64,000 nt of DNA from positions 1,088,001 through 1,152,000 of the forward strand of contig CAXXOA010000002.1 of NCBI GenBank assembly GCA_963666275.2, in the 5' to 3' direction. Origin of the DNA: Oceanispirochaeta sp. GTDB taxonomy: Bacteria > Spirochaetota > Spirochaetia > DSM-2461. The notes under the pieces were generated by a model. That model saw only the letters and a program-made list of their open reading frames with translations, was not told the DNA's origin and ran no database searches. Positions 39,729 through 47,099 of the stretch are shown piece after piece (within the stretch, counting starts at the first letter, position 1; each line of letters starts with the position of its first letter). The translations under genes were made by a program, and so were the position numbers.

Positions 39729-40097
39729 ATGAAAAATTATGATATACTGAAATCAAACGGGATGATGTTCTGGGGAAACCATGGTCTGACCGAAGAGCAG
39801 AATGTAATGGGAACCAAATTTGTCGTAGACATTGAAGTGACCCTGGATATGTCAAATCAGTTTGCGGAAGATCAGCTGAGCAGCGGCCTTACCTATACGG
39901 ATCTTTATCTGATTACACAGCAGGTTGTGACTCAGGAGCATTATAAAACCATACAGAGAGTGGCTCAGAGAATTACCGATGAGATTAAAAACACCTCAAA
40001 AACACCCATCGAAGGTGTATCTGTCACTGTAAAAGAGCAGTTTCCCGCTATTCCGGGGTCCAATGTTGAATACATAGGTTTTACTCTGAACAGTTAA
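39729..40097 (+). CDS. folB: FolB-like T-fold protein 2, divergent active site
   Basis: FWGNHG...GTKFVVD, LTY, KTIQRVAQRI, PAIPG...GF. Confidence 0.78.
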   Translation: MKNYDILKSNGMMFWGNHGLTEEQNVMGTKFVVDIEVTLDMSNQFAEDQLSSGLTYTDLYLITQQVVTQEHYKTIQRVAQRITDEIKNTSKTPIEGVSVTVKEQFPAIPGSNVEYIGFTLNS

Positions 40098-40108
40098 TGG
40101 CTGAAAAT

Positions 40109-40150
40109 GGGGACTGCCCGGAACCTCGGGGGAGGTCCCCTCTTTTCCCT
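40109..40150 (+). terminator. probable terminator after the folB-like pair
   Basis: GGGGAC...GTCCCC imperfect hairpin followed by TCTTTT. Confidence 0.55.
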
Positions 40151-40246
40151 TTCGGAAATATAAACAATTGTAGAAATGTGGCATACTGAAGCGTCACACA
40201 GATTCACATCATCTGAACTGACCATCTGAACCGACACGGAGAAAGA

Positions 40247-41473
40247 ATGATTATTAATTGGCAGAAGAATCTCTGGATTGTCTGGACCGCACAGATCTGC
40301 AGTCTGGCGGGATTTCACTTTGCCCTTCCTTTTCTTCCCTATTTTATACAGGAACTGGGAGTGACAGATTCTGCAAAGGTAAAACTCTGGACCGGTATTA
40401 TGTCCAGTGCTCCCGCTGTGACCATGGCCATCATGGCACCGGTCTGGGGAATCCTGGCAGACAGAATCGGAAAGAAGATGATGCTTCTGAGAGCCATGTT
40501 CTGCGGAACATTTATTCTTGCTGGTTTAAGCCTGGCCGGGTCTGTCACCGTTGTGGTCACCCTGCGGCTGCTGCAGGGACTCCTGTCGGGAACCATGACC
40601 GCCTCGGCAGCGCTGATTTCTTCGGGAACCCCCCGGAAAAAATTGAGTTATGCCCTGGGAATGCTCTCATCTTCCAACTTTATCGGGATGTCTCTGGGGC
40701 CTCTTGTCGGGGGCGTCACGGCGGAATATTTCGGATACCGTATCAGTTTTCTCATCGGAGCGTTTATTCATCTGACAGGGTTTCTTCTCGTACTTTTTGC
40801 GGTCAGGGAAAACCGGGAGAATCCGGAGGGAGTCGAAGAAGAGAAAACAGAAACTCCCAATGATTCCGGGAGAGTTCCCCTTTTCAATTTCACAATCATC
40901 GGGGGACTCTGCATCCTTCTGGTTCTCCGCCTGTCCAGAAACCTTCCCATACCTTTTATCCCTCTCTATGTACAGGAGTTTCTGGGGACCATGGAGGGGG
41001 CTTCCACCATGACGGGGGTCATTTCCTTCGGAAGGGGAGCTATGACGGCGCTGGCGTCTGTGACAATTGTCAGAATGGGTGACCGCATAAACAGAATGAA
41101 GCTGATAACCCTTCTTCTGGGAATTACCGCTGTCCTGAGTATCCCCGTCCCTTTTGCTGCCGATCTGGCGGGGTTTTCCTTCTTTCTGATCCTTTCCACA
41201 TTTTTCCTGGGAGGGATAGAACCCCTTGTTCAGTCGGAAATCATAAGTACAGTACCGCCCCGGAAACGGGGACTTATATTCGGGATTCAGACCACTGTGA
41301 GCAATATAGGCTGGTCAGCTGCTCCCATGATAGGCTCTCTTATCAGTATCAAACTGGGTATTTCCATGGTATTCCTGGCAATGGTTGCCTTTATGACTCT
41401 CTCGACTCTGATCTCTTTTTTCTTTGCGGTCTTGCAGAAAAGACTTGTACTGCCCGCAGAAACCGGGTTCTGA
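40247..41473 (+). CDS. MFS transporter (DHA1/MdtG-like)
   Basis: PFLPYF, WGILADRIGKK motif A, RLLQG, GPLVGG; about 12 hydrophobic segments. Confidence 0.9.
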   Translation: MIINWQKNLWIVWTAQICSLAGFHFALPFLPYFIQELGVTDSAKVKLWTGIMSSAPAVTMAIMAPVWGILADRIGKKMMLLRAMFCGTFILAGLSLAGSVTVVVTLRLLQGLLSGTMTASAALISSGTPRKKLSYALGMLSSSNFIGMSLGPLVGGVTAEYFGYRISFLIGAFIHLTGFLLVLFAVRENRENPEGVEEEKTETPNDSGRVPLFNFTIIGGLCILLVLRLSRNLPIPFIPLYVQEFLGTMEGASTMTGVISFGRGAMTALASVTIVRMGDRINRMKLITLLLGITAVLSIPVPFAADLAGFSFFLILSTFFLGGIEPLVQSEIISTVPPRKRGLIFGIQTTVSNIGWSAAPMIGSLISIKLGISMVFLAMVAFMTLSTLISFFFAVLQKRLVLPAETGF

Positions 41474-41541
41474 AAAGGAGCAGGCTGTGACGGATATTCT
41501 CTTATTCAGATCTTTTGGAAGATTGTGGTATTATACGGTTT

Positions 41542-41745
41542 ATGAAAGAACGGATAGGCGAGTATTTTGTGCGGCTGGACCTCCTCTCACTGGAGCAGGC
41601 CGAAGAGATTTTACGGGTTCAGGAAACCAAAGAACCTCGAAAGAAATTCGGTGAGATAGCTCTGGAGCTGGGATATATTACCGACGACGATCTGGAGGAG
41701 GCTCTGCCCGGGGAGTCATTTTCTCCTCCGGCGGCTACTGAATAA
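41542..41745 (+). CDS. small stand-alone MshEN-like (putative c-di-GMP-binding) protein
   Basis: RIGEYFVRLDLLSLEQAEEILRVQ followed by KFGEIALELGYITDDDLEEAL resembles the tandem RLGxxLxxxGxIxxxxLxxxLxxQ motif. Confidence 0.65.
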   Translation: MKERIGEYFVRLDLLSLEQAEEILRVQETKEPRKKFGEIALELGYITDDDLEEALPGESFSPPAATE

Positions 41746-42223
41746 TCCTGAGGCTCTCAAATCCCAGATGGTTGAGTATCTCCCTGATCACAAGGAGGGC
41801 CAGATATTCGGTATGATTCATTGACTTGTCACTGTAAACAGGGGAACGTCCCATGCTGAGCAGGGCAAACTGGGTGAATTTCTCTTCAATATGCTCTTTC
41901 GTATACTCGGTGAGCTCCGCTTCTTCCAGATGGAATATCCGGATAAGTTCTTTATCGTCCGTATAGAGATTCAGTCCTTTGTGATTGACCAGCGCCGGAT
42001 CGCTCATCAGCTCATCTTCTATGTAGTTGATGGCCCATTCAATCTCAGCTTCCGTGGGAATCTCACTGCGGATAAACTTTTCCGCCACATGGTTCCAGTC
42101 TATACGGGCTCTGCCTGTTTCCCTGAGGGAGTCTCCCTCCTGTTCGGAAAAGATTATATAGGAATCTTCCTTTTTCATAAGAAGATAATTCTTTTCCTGT
42201 ATAGCTTTACTGCTGTTTTCCAT
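41735..42223 (-). CDS. hypothetical protein
   Basis: 162 aa ORF with AAGGAG RBS, directly downstream of the diguanylate cyclase on the same strand; no motif I can name with confidence. Confidence 0.6.
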   Translation of the reverse strand: MENSSKAIQEKNYLLMKKEDSYIIFSEQEGDSLRETGRARIDWNHVAEKFIRSEIPTEAEIEWAINYIEDELMSDPALVNHKGLNLYTDDKELIRIFHLEEAELTEYTKEHIEEKFTQFALLSMGRSPVYSDKSMNHTEYLALLVIREILNHLGFESLRIIQ

Positions 42224-42269
42224 AGTCTCTCCTTTTTCACAGCCTGTCTGTATCTTTTTTTGGAAAAGA

Positions 42270-43286
42270 TCAGAGCCGTCTGTTTTTTTTCATCTTTTTG
42301 TTTCTGTACATCCTCTTATCCGCCAGGTGCAGCATCTCCTCTATACTCCGGAATCCCTCTTTGAGCAGGGCGTAGCCGATGCTGATACTCAGTGGAATCT
42401 CTCTCTCTTCGAAGAGAAACCGGGCCGTCACGGAGTCCTGTATCCTTCCTGTCAGCCGTTCCACACCTTCCCTGTTGTCTATGGAACGGAATATCACTCC
42501 GAATTCATCGCCTCCAAGACGGGAAAAAATGTCGTTTTCCCGGAGGACTTTCTTTATTCTGGAGGCTGTTTCGATAATGGAGGCGTCTCCGTAGCTGTGG
42601 CCCAGGGTATCATTGATTTTCTTCAGATTATCCATGTCCAGAACAAGCAGAGAGAAGGAGGCGCCGCTTGTCTGGGAGCTTATAAAATCCGATCGGAGAA
42701 CATCGTAGAAAAAACTTCTGTTTTTCACACCAGTCATCCTGTCTGTGGTAGACGCGATATAAAGGGCGTTCTTTCCCAGCTTTTCGGCAGTAACAATCGC
42801 AGCGCTGATGATATCGGAAAGCATGTTGAGGATTTTGGCATCCAGCATGGTAAAGCAGTTATTCCTGCTGGAAAGGACTTTCAGGACTCCCACGGGGCTG
42901 TTGTGATACAGCAGGGGAACAACTATCATGGATCTCAAACCCACGCGCCGGCAGGCTTCCCTGTCGACCCTTTCATCGCTTTCCGAATCCCGGCAGAGTA
43001 TGGGTCTGTTTTCGGTGACGCACAAACCGGAGAGGCTGCTCTCCAGGGGGATCCTCAGGCCCAGCATTTTTTCGGCCACCCCCGATGTCGCTCTGTAGAC
43101 AAGGACATTATCCTCTTTTAATTCAACCACAGCCCCCTCGGCTTTTATCAGCGCCTGGGAGCTCTGTGCAACCAGGAAAATGATCCTATCCAGATCAAGT
43201 CCGGCCTGGACCACCTCGTTCTGGATGCTGATAATGTCCAGGAGTATGGATTTATCAATCTCCTGAAAATCTTCTTTCCGGTTCAT
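42270..43286 (-). CDS. GAF-domain diguanylate cyclase
   Basis: GAF domain (SLSGLC, RSMIVVPL, VGVL) plus DMDNLKKINDTLGHSYGD, REND I-site and RLGGDEF. Confidence 0.93.
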   Translation of the reverse strand: MNRKEDFQEIDKSILLDIISIQNEVVQAGLDLDRIIFLVAQSSQALIKAEGAVVELKEDNVLVYRATSGVAEKMLGLRIPLESSLSGLCVTENRPILCRDSESDERVDREACRRVGLRSMIVVPLLYHNSPVGVLKVLSSRNNCFTMLDAKILNMLSDIISAAIVTAEKLGKNALYIASTTDRMTGVKNRSFFYDVLRSDFISSQTSGASFSLLVLDMDNLKKINDTLGHSYGDASIIETASRIKKVLRENDIFSRLGGDEFGVIFRSIDNREGVERLTGRIQDSVTARFLFEEREIPLSISIGYALLKEGFRSIEEMLHLADKRMYRNKKMKKNRRL

Positions 43287-43399
43287 TCTCTACCACTTGT
43301 CTTTCTTTGCCCAAAGATCCTCATCGCTGCAGATTTCCTCTCTTGAATTATAGTCGTTTCCGGGGAATTCTGCGAATCCCTTTCCTTCCCGGAGGAGAG

Positions 43400-44032
43400 T
43401 CAGTCTGCCGGAAAGACAAGCCTGAGGACAAACTGGATAAACTTTTCAATGGGAATGATATCCAGCCCTGTATTCCTTTCCAGAAGGATGATGGCCAGCA
43501 GGGCAAGGGATCCGTATCTGTAGAGTTTTTCCTCCAGAGCCTTATTTATCCTGATGCTCGTAAAGAGGATATGACTGCCGTCCAGGGGAGGGATGGGGAT
43601 CATATTGAAGATGAACAGGCTCAGATTGATAATCCCCGTATAGAGAAGGAAGTTGAATACCCTGTAGAAGAGCCGCCCTTCCGGAATGACCCCGGTCGCA
43701 AGAAGGAGTTTAATTATCAGAAGGAAGAGTATTCCAGTCACAAGGTTGGAAAGAGGGCCGGCAGCGGCGATGATCATCCTGTCCCGGTCGGGGTTTTTCA
43801 GGTTCTCCGGATGGAACTGCACCGGTTTGGCCCAGCCGAATCCGGCAACCAGCAGGACCAGCATTCCCAGAGGATCAATATGCTTCAAGGGATTCAGTGT
43901 GATCCTGCCTCCCTCTTTTGCTGTGGGATCTCCCAGAAGAAAGGCTGCATAGGCATGACAGAACTCATGGATGGTCAGGGCAATAATGACCCCGGGCAGC
44001 AAGGTAAAAATGGTATTTAGATTCAGGCCCAT
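43400..44032 (-). CDS. site-2 protease family (M50) membrane metalloprotease
   Basis: HEFCH, GDPTA, GWAKPV, AGPLSN, NMIPIPPLDG. Confidence 0.93.
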   Translation of the reverse strand: MGLNLNTIFTLLPGVIIALTIHEFCHAYAAFLLGDPTAKEGGRITLNPLKHIDPLGMLVLLVAGFGWAKPVQFHPENLKNPDRDRMIIAAAGPLSNLVTGILFLLIIKLLLATGVIPEGRLFYRVFNFLLYTGIINLSLFIFNMIPIPPLDGSHILFTSIRINKALEEKLYRYGSLALLAIILLERNTGLDIIPIEKFIQFVLRLVFPAD

Positions 44033-44059
44033 AGGACTCCTTGTTAAGTGAAAACCGGA

Positions 44060-44578
44060 TCAGGCAAAAACAATTTTGCCTTTGTTCTCTCTTTCCGTTT
44101 TGCCTTTGACTGCGGCATACCCCAGAGCGGCGCAGCCGTATACCCTGTGGTTTTCGGGAACACCCAGGTCGCTGAGAACAGTCCGTACCTCCGGATTGTC
44201 TGAAATATCCTGAAGCTGGTTGATCCATACCGAACCTACTTCCAGTGAATGCGCCGCCAGGAAGATATTCTGCAGAACCACAGAGCTGTCAAAGGGGCCG
44301 TGGACATAGTCGGAAGGAGTGGACACCAGTACAAGGGTGGGAGCATTGTAGAATTTATGATAATCCGGGTTTCCTATGGCCCGGGCTACAGTTTTGTGAA
44401 GGTCTGTGAGTTTTTCCTCTCCCTGAACTACTGTGAGCTGCCAGTTCTGGGTGTTTCTGGCACTGGGGGCATCCAGGCCGGCTTCCAGTATCTTCTCCAG
44501 ATCCTGTCTTTCCACCTGACTGTCTTTGAATTTTCTTATACTGCGCCGTGTTTTTATATTTGTCAGAACGTCGTTCAT
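44060..44578 (-). CDS. nitroreductase family protein
   Basis: RRSIRKF, APSARNTQNW, NIFLAAHSLEVGSVW, LGY. Confidence 0.92.
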   Translation of the reverse strand: MNDVLTNIKTRRSIRKFKDSQVERQDLEKILEAGLDAPSARNTQNWQLTVVQGEEKLTDLHKTVARAIGNPDYHKFYNAPTLVLVSTPSDYVHGPFDSSVVLQNIFLAAHSLEVGSVWINQLQDISDNPEVRTVLSDLGVPENHRVYGCAALGYAAVKGKTERENKGKIVFA

Positions 44579-44699
44579 GTCCGCCTCCGGAATTGTTTTC
44601 TCCGATTATATTGTTCTGAAGGGAATGGTGAAACCCCTGGCGGAAAAGAGGTTCCCGGAAATATTTTTTTGTCTGGTTTTTTATAACTCAGTATGGGTC

Positions 44700-45692
44700 T
44701 CAGGACAGAAGAATCTTTATAAATTCCTCTGTTGAAAGATTCTTGAAATAGTAATCCATATCCAGACCCTTCAGGGCTTCCGCAAGAGCATCTTCTCTGA
44801 GGGCGGTTCCTTCCAGGGCGTCTTCCAGCGGGGAGATATCATCAGCCCCGAAGTAGTCTCCCCGGACGGCGAAGTCGGTCAGAACTCCCTTTTTTATCTC
44901 CAGGAATACCTGGATTTTTCCGCAGCCCTCAACCCGCCGTTCTTTGCGGATGCTGTGGGCGGGGGAGCGTCCGAAGTTCCATTCCCAGCTTTCATACCGG
45001 GCCTGGAGCTCTCTGATACCCTCTCTGTCGTCTTCTGTCAGGGTATAGGATTTGAGACTATGCTCTCTGGTCATAAACTCACGGAGAACCTCCAGAAACC
45101 GGGATGTTTCCATATCTTCCGTCAGGTAGGGTCTGATATTGGTAACCCGGCTTCTGACCGATTTTACCCCTTTGGACTCAATTTTATCTTTAGATACTTT
45201 CAGGGCTTTTGAAACAATAGACAGATCCGAATCAAAGAGGAGGGTTCCGTGGTGCATCACCCGGTTGGCCCGGACGTACTGGGCATTGCCTGAAAATTTC
45301 CTGCCGTCGATTAAAATATCGTTCCGGCCGCTGATTTCTGCATCCACATTCAGGTGTTTCAGGGATTTCACAACGGGAACGCAGAAAGCCGCCAGATCCA
45401 CTTTGGCGTTTTTAGGAGCATTCCGGATAAATGTGTAGTTCAGGTTCCCCAGGTCGTGATAGACCGCCCCTCCGCCGGAGAGGCGGCGGACCACTTTGAC
45501 TCCCTGCTCTTCCGTGTAGGGAACATTGACCTCTTCTATGGTGTTCTGGTTCTTTCCGACGATCACGGCGTTGTCATTCTGCCAGAGCATAAAGTATTCA
45601 TTCTCCCGGGGGAGCTTTGTAAATACATACTCCTCCAGAGCCAGATTGTAATGGGGGTTCGTGCTGTCGCTTTCTATATAGAGCATGGGCAT
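44700..45692 (-). CDS. lplA: lipoate-protein ligase A
   Basis: NLALEEY, VGKNQN, RRLSGGGAVYHDLGN, GRNDI, KFSGNAQ, HHGTLLF, KSVRSRV, WEWNFG. Confidence 0.93.
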   Translation of the reverse strand: MPMLYIESDSTNPHYNLALEEYVFTKLPRENEYFMLWQNDNAVIVGKNQNTIEEVNVPYTEEQGVKVVRRLSGGGAVYHDLGNLNYTFIRNAPKNAKVDLAAFCVPVVKSLKHLNVDAEISGRNDILIDGRKFSGNAQYVRANRVMHHGTLLFDSDLSIVSKALKVSKDKIESKGVKSVRSRVTNIRPYLTEDMETSRFLEVLREFMTREHSLKSYTLTEDDREGIRELQARYESWEWNFGRSPAHSIRKERRVEGCGKIQVFLEIKKGVLTDFAVRGDYFGADDISPLEDALEGTALREDALAEALKGLDMDYYFKNLSTEEFIKILLS

Positions 45693-45778
45693 GGTTTTTA
45701 CCTCTTTCAAATCTACAGTTGGTCTATATCATAGTTCAAAACTCAGGTTTCGGCAAAGAGCCGGGACCCGAGTCTTTT

Positions 45779-46708
45779 TTATCCCGCACACTTCTCGTAG
45801 AAATCCCGGTAGCAGATCCTCTCCTCTGAACTGACCGCAGCCATGGCTTCCCGGGGGTGCTGGTTGAGCAGGCCCGAAACGCCGTAGGGAATCCGGTAGC
45901 CCCACTTGTAGCGTCCCATCAGGGGTTCAATGTAGCCCTGAATGGCATTGACCACAGAGGCTATATTGCTCTTTGCCGGGTCTATCAGGGGGAGCAGCAG
46001 CTCCAGAGGCGTATTGCCGGCCCCCCGGCCCATTCCGTAGTAGGAGGCGTCAATATACTCAGCTCCCGCATCCATAGCCGCCAGGCTGTTGGCCAGGGCC
46101 ATCTGAATATTGTTATGGCCGTGGAATCCCAGCTTCATATCCGGGCAGTTTTCCCTGTATGTTTCCAGGCGGCTTCGGATGTCATGAGGAAGAAAAGAGC
46201 CGAAGGAATCGGCCAGGTAAACACCCTCGGCTGTGGTACCGTTGACCCTGTTCAGGCACTGGCGCACCACTTCGGGATCGCTGGCAGACACAGCCATGAT
46301 GTTGAAGAAGGTTGTGTATCCCAGCTGATGCAGATAGTCCGAGAGTTCTATGGCTTCATCAATCTGATGAACATAGCAGGCCAGTCGGACCATGTCGATC
46401 ACAGAGTCTTCGGCAGGGATAAAATCCTCTTTGAAGCAGCGTCCGATATCTGCCATGACAGCAATTTTCATGAATCCCGGCTTTGCTGTGATCACCTTTC
46501 TCAGATCTTCCTCCCGGCAGAAACGCCAGGGGCCGTGGTCTGCAGGGGAAAAGACTTTCGGGCTGACCCTGTAGCCCATCTCCATCACATCCACACCCGC
46601 TTCCAGATTGGCCTGATACACGGCTCTGACGGCCTCCAGGGAAAACTCCCAGTTGTTCATGAGCCCCCCGTCCCGGATTGTACAGTCAATTACCTGAACC
46701 TTCTTCAT
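45779..46708 (-). CDS. DRE-TIM metallolyase, 4-hydroxy-2-oxovalerate-aldolase-like (HMGL-like) protein
   Basis: DCTIRDGG, ADSFGS, GFHGHNN, GMGRGAGN motifs; GGGGAGG RBS. Confidence 0.87.
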   Translation of the reverse strand: MKKVQVIDCTIRDGGLMNNWEFSLEAVRAVYQANLEAGVDVMEMGYRVSPKVFSPADHGPWRFCREEDLRKVITAKPGFMKIAVMADIGRCFKEDFIPAEDSVIDMVRLACYVHQIDEAIELSDYLHQLGYTTFFNIMAVSASDPEVVRQCLNRVNGTTAEGVYLADSFGSFLPHDIRSRLETYRENCPDMKLGFHGHNNIQMALANSLAAMDAGAEYIDASYYGMGRGAGNTPLELLLPLIDPAKSNIASVVNAIQGYIEPLMGRYKWGYRIPYGVSGLLNQHPREAMAAVSSEERICYRDFYEKCAG

Positions 46709-46807
46709 CTCTTTTCCTCCCCAGGTCAGTTTCGGATTTTCCTTTTTCCTCCCTTCTCCAGGGAGGATTCACCCTCTCCTGCAGGAGGCCGTAAAAGAAA
46801 AAGAGCC

Positions 46808-46850
46808 AAAAAAAAGACCCGGGATTCAGCAGAACTGCTTCCCGGGTCTT
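46808..46850 (-). terminator. attenuator intrinsic terminator upstream of the aldolase gene
   Basis: On the minus strand: AAGACCCGGGA-AGCAGTTCTGCTGAA-TCCCGGGTCTT followed by a U-tract. Confidence 0.85.
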
Positions 46851-46870
46851 CATAACCTTTCTTACTCTGG

Positions 46871-46972
46871 TTATCGCTTCTTTTTAAGCGTTACAAGACC
46901 CGGGCGTCTAAAATAAAAATAGAAACCGAAAAAAGAGAAAAAGAAATTTTCTGCCCAAGTCTTGTTATTCAT
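46871..46972 (-). CDS. Phe-rich attenuator leader peptide (33 aa), not in the ORF track
   Basis: Hand translation MNNKTWAENFFFSFFGFYFYFRRPGLVTLKKKR*: 8 Phe and 2 Tyr within 12 codons, plus 1 Trp. It contains CCCGGGTCTT (46895-46904), complementary to the terminator 5' arm. Confidence 0.8.
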   Translation of the reverse strand: MNNKTWAENFFFSFFGFYFYFRRPGLVTLKKKR

Positions 46973-46982
46973 TTGTTTTACT

Positions 46983-47012
46983 ACTCTATAGCAGGGAACG
47001 GATCTGTGTCAA
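46983..47012 (-). promoter_or_regulatory. putative sigma70 promoter for the leader/aldolase transcript
   Basis: Minus strand TTGACA (47012-47007) then TATAGA (16 bp spacer) or TAGAGT (18 bp spacer), just upstream of the leader ATG. Confidence 0.55.
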
Positions 47013-47099
47013 TCAATGATTCCGGTATTTCTTCCAGCGTCCCTTTTACAATTCTGAATCCAGGGGTTCCTGATTCCTGAAAATTCCCAAAGGGGGGCG

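Noticed and set aside
39297..40097. Folate biosynthesis operon
   Set aside because: No folK/folP/folE in the window, and the conserved Glu residues are replaced
43307..44020. 237-aa plus-strand ORF
   Set aside because: Antisense to the M50 protease
45857..46855. 332-aa plus-strand ORF running into the attenuator
   Set aside because: Antisense to the aldolase; no motif or RBS support
46814..46904. Repeated AAGACCCGGG as a REP/IS end or CRISPR repeat
   Set aside because: Only local copies, fully explained by terminator/antiterminator pairing; no spacers or transposase
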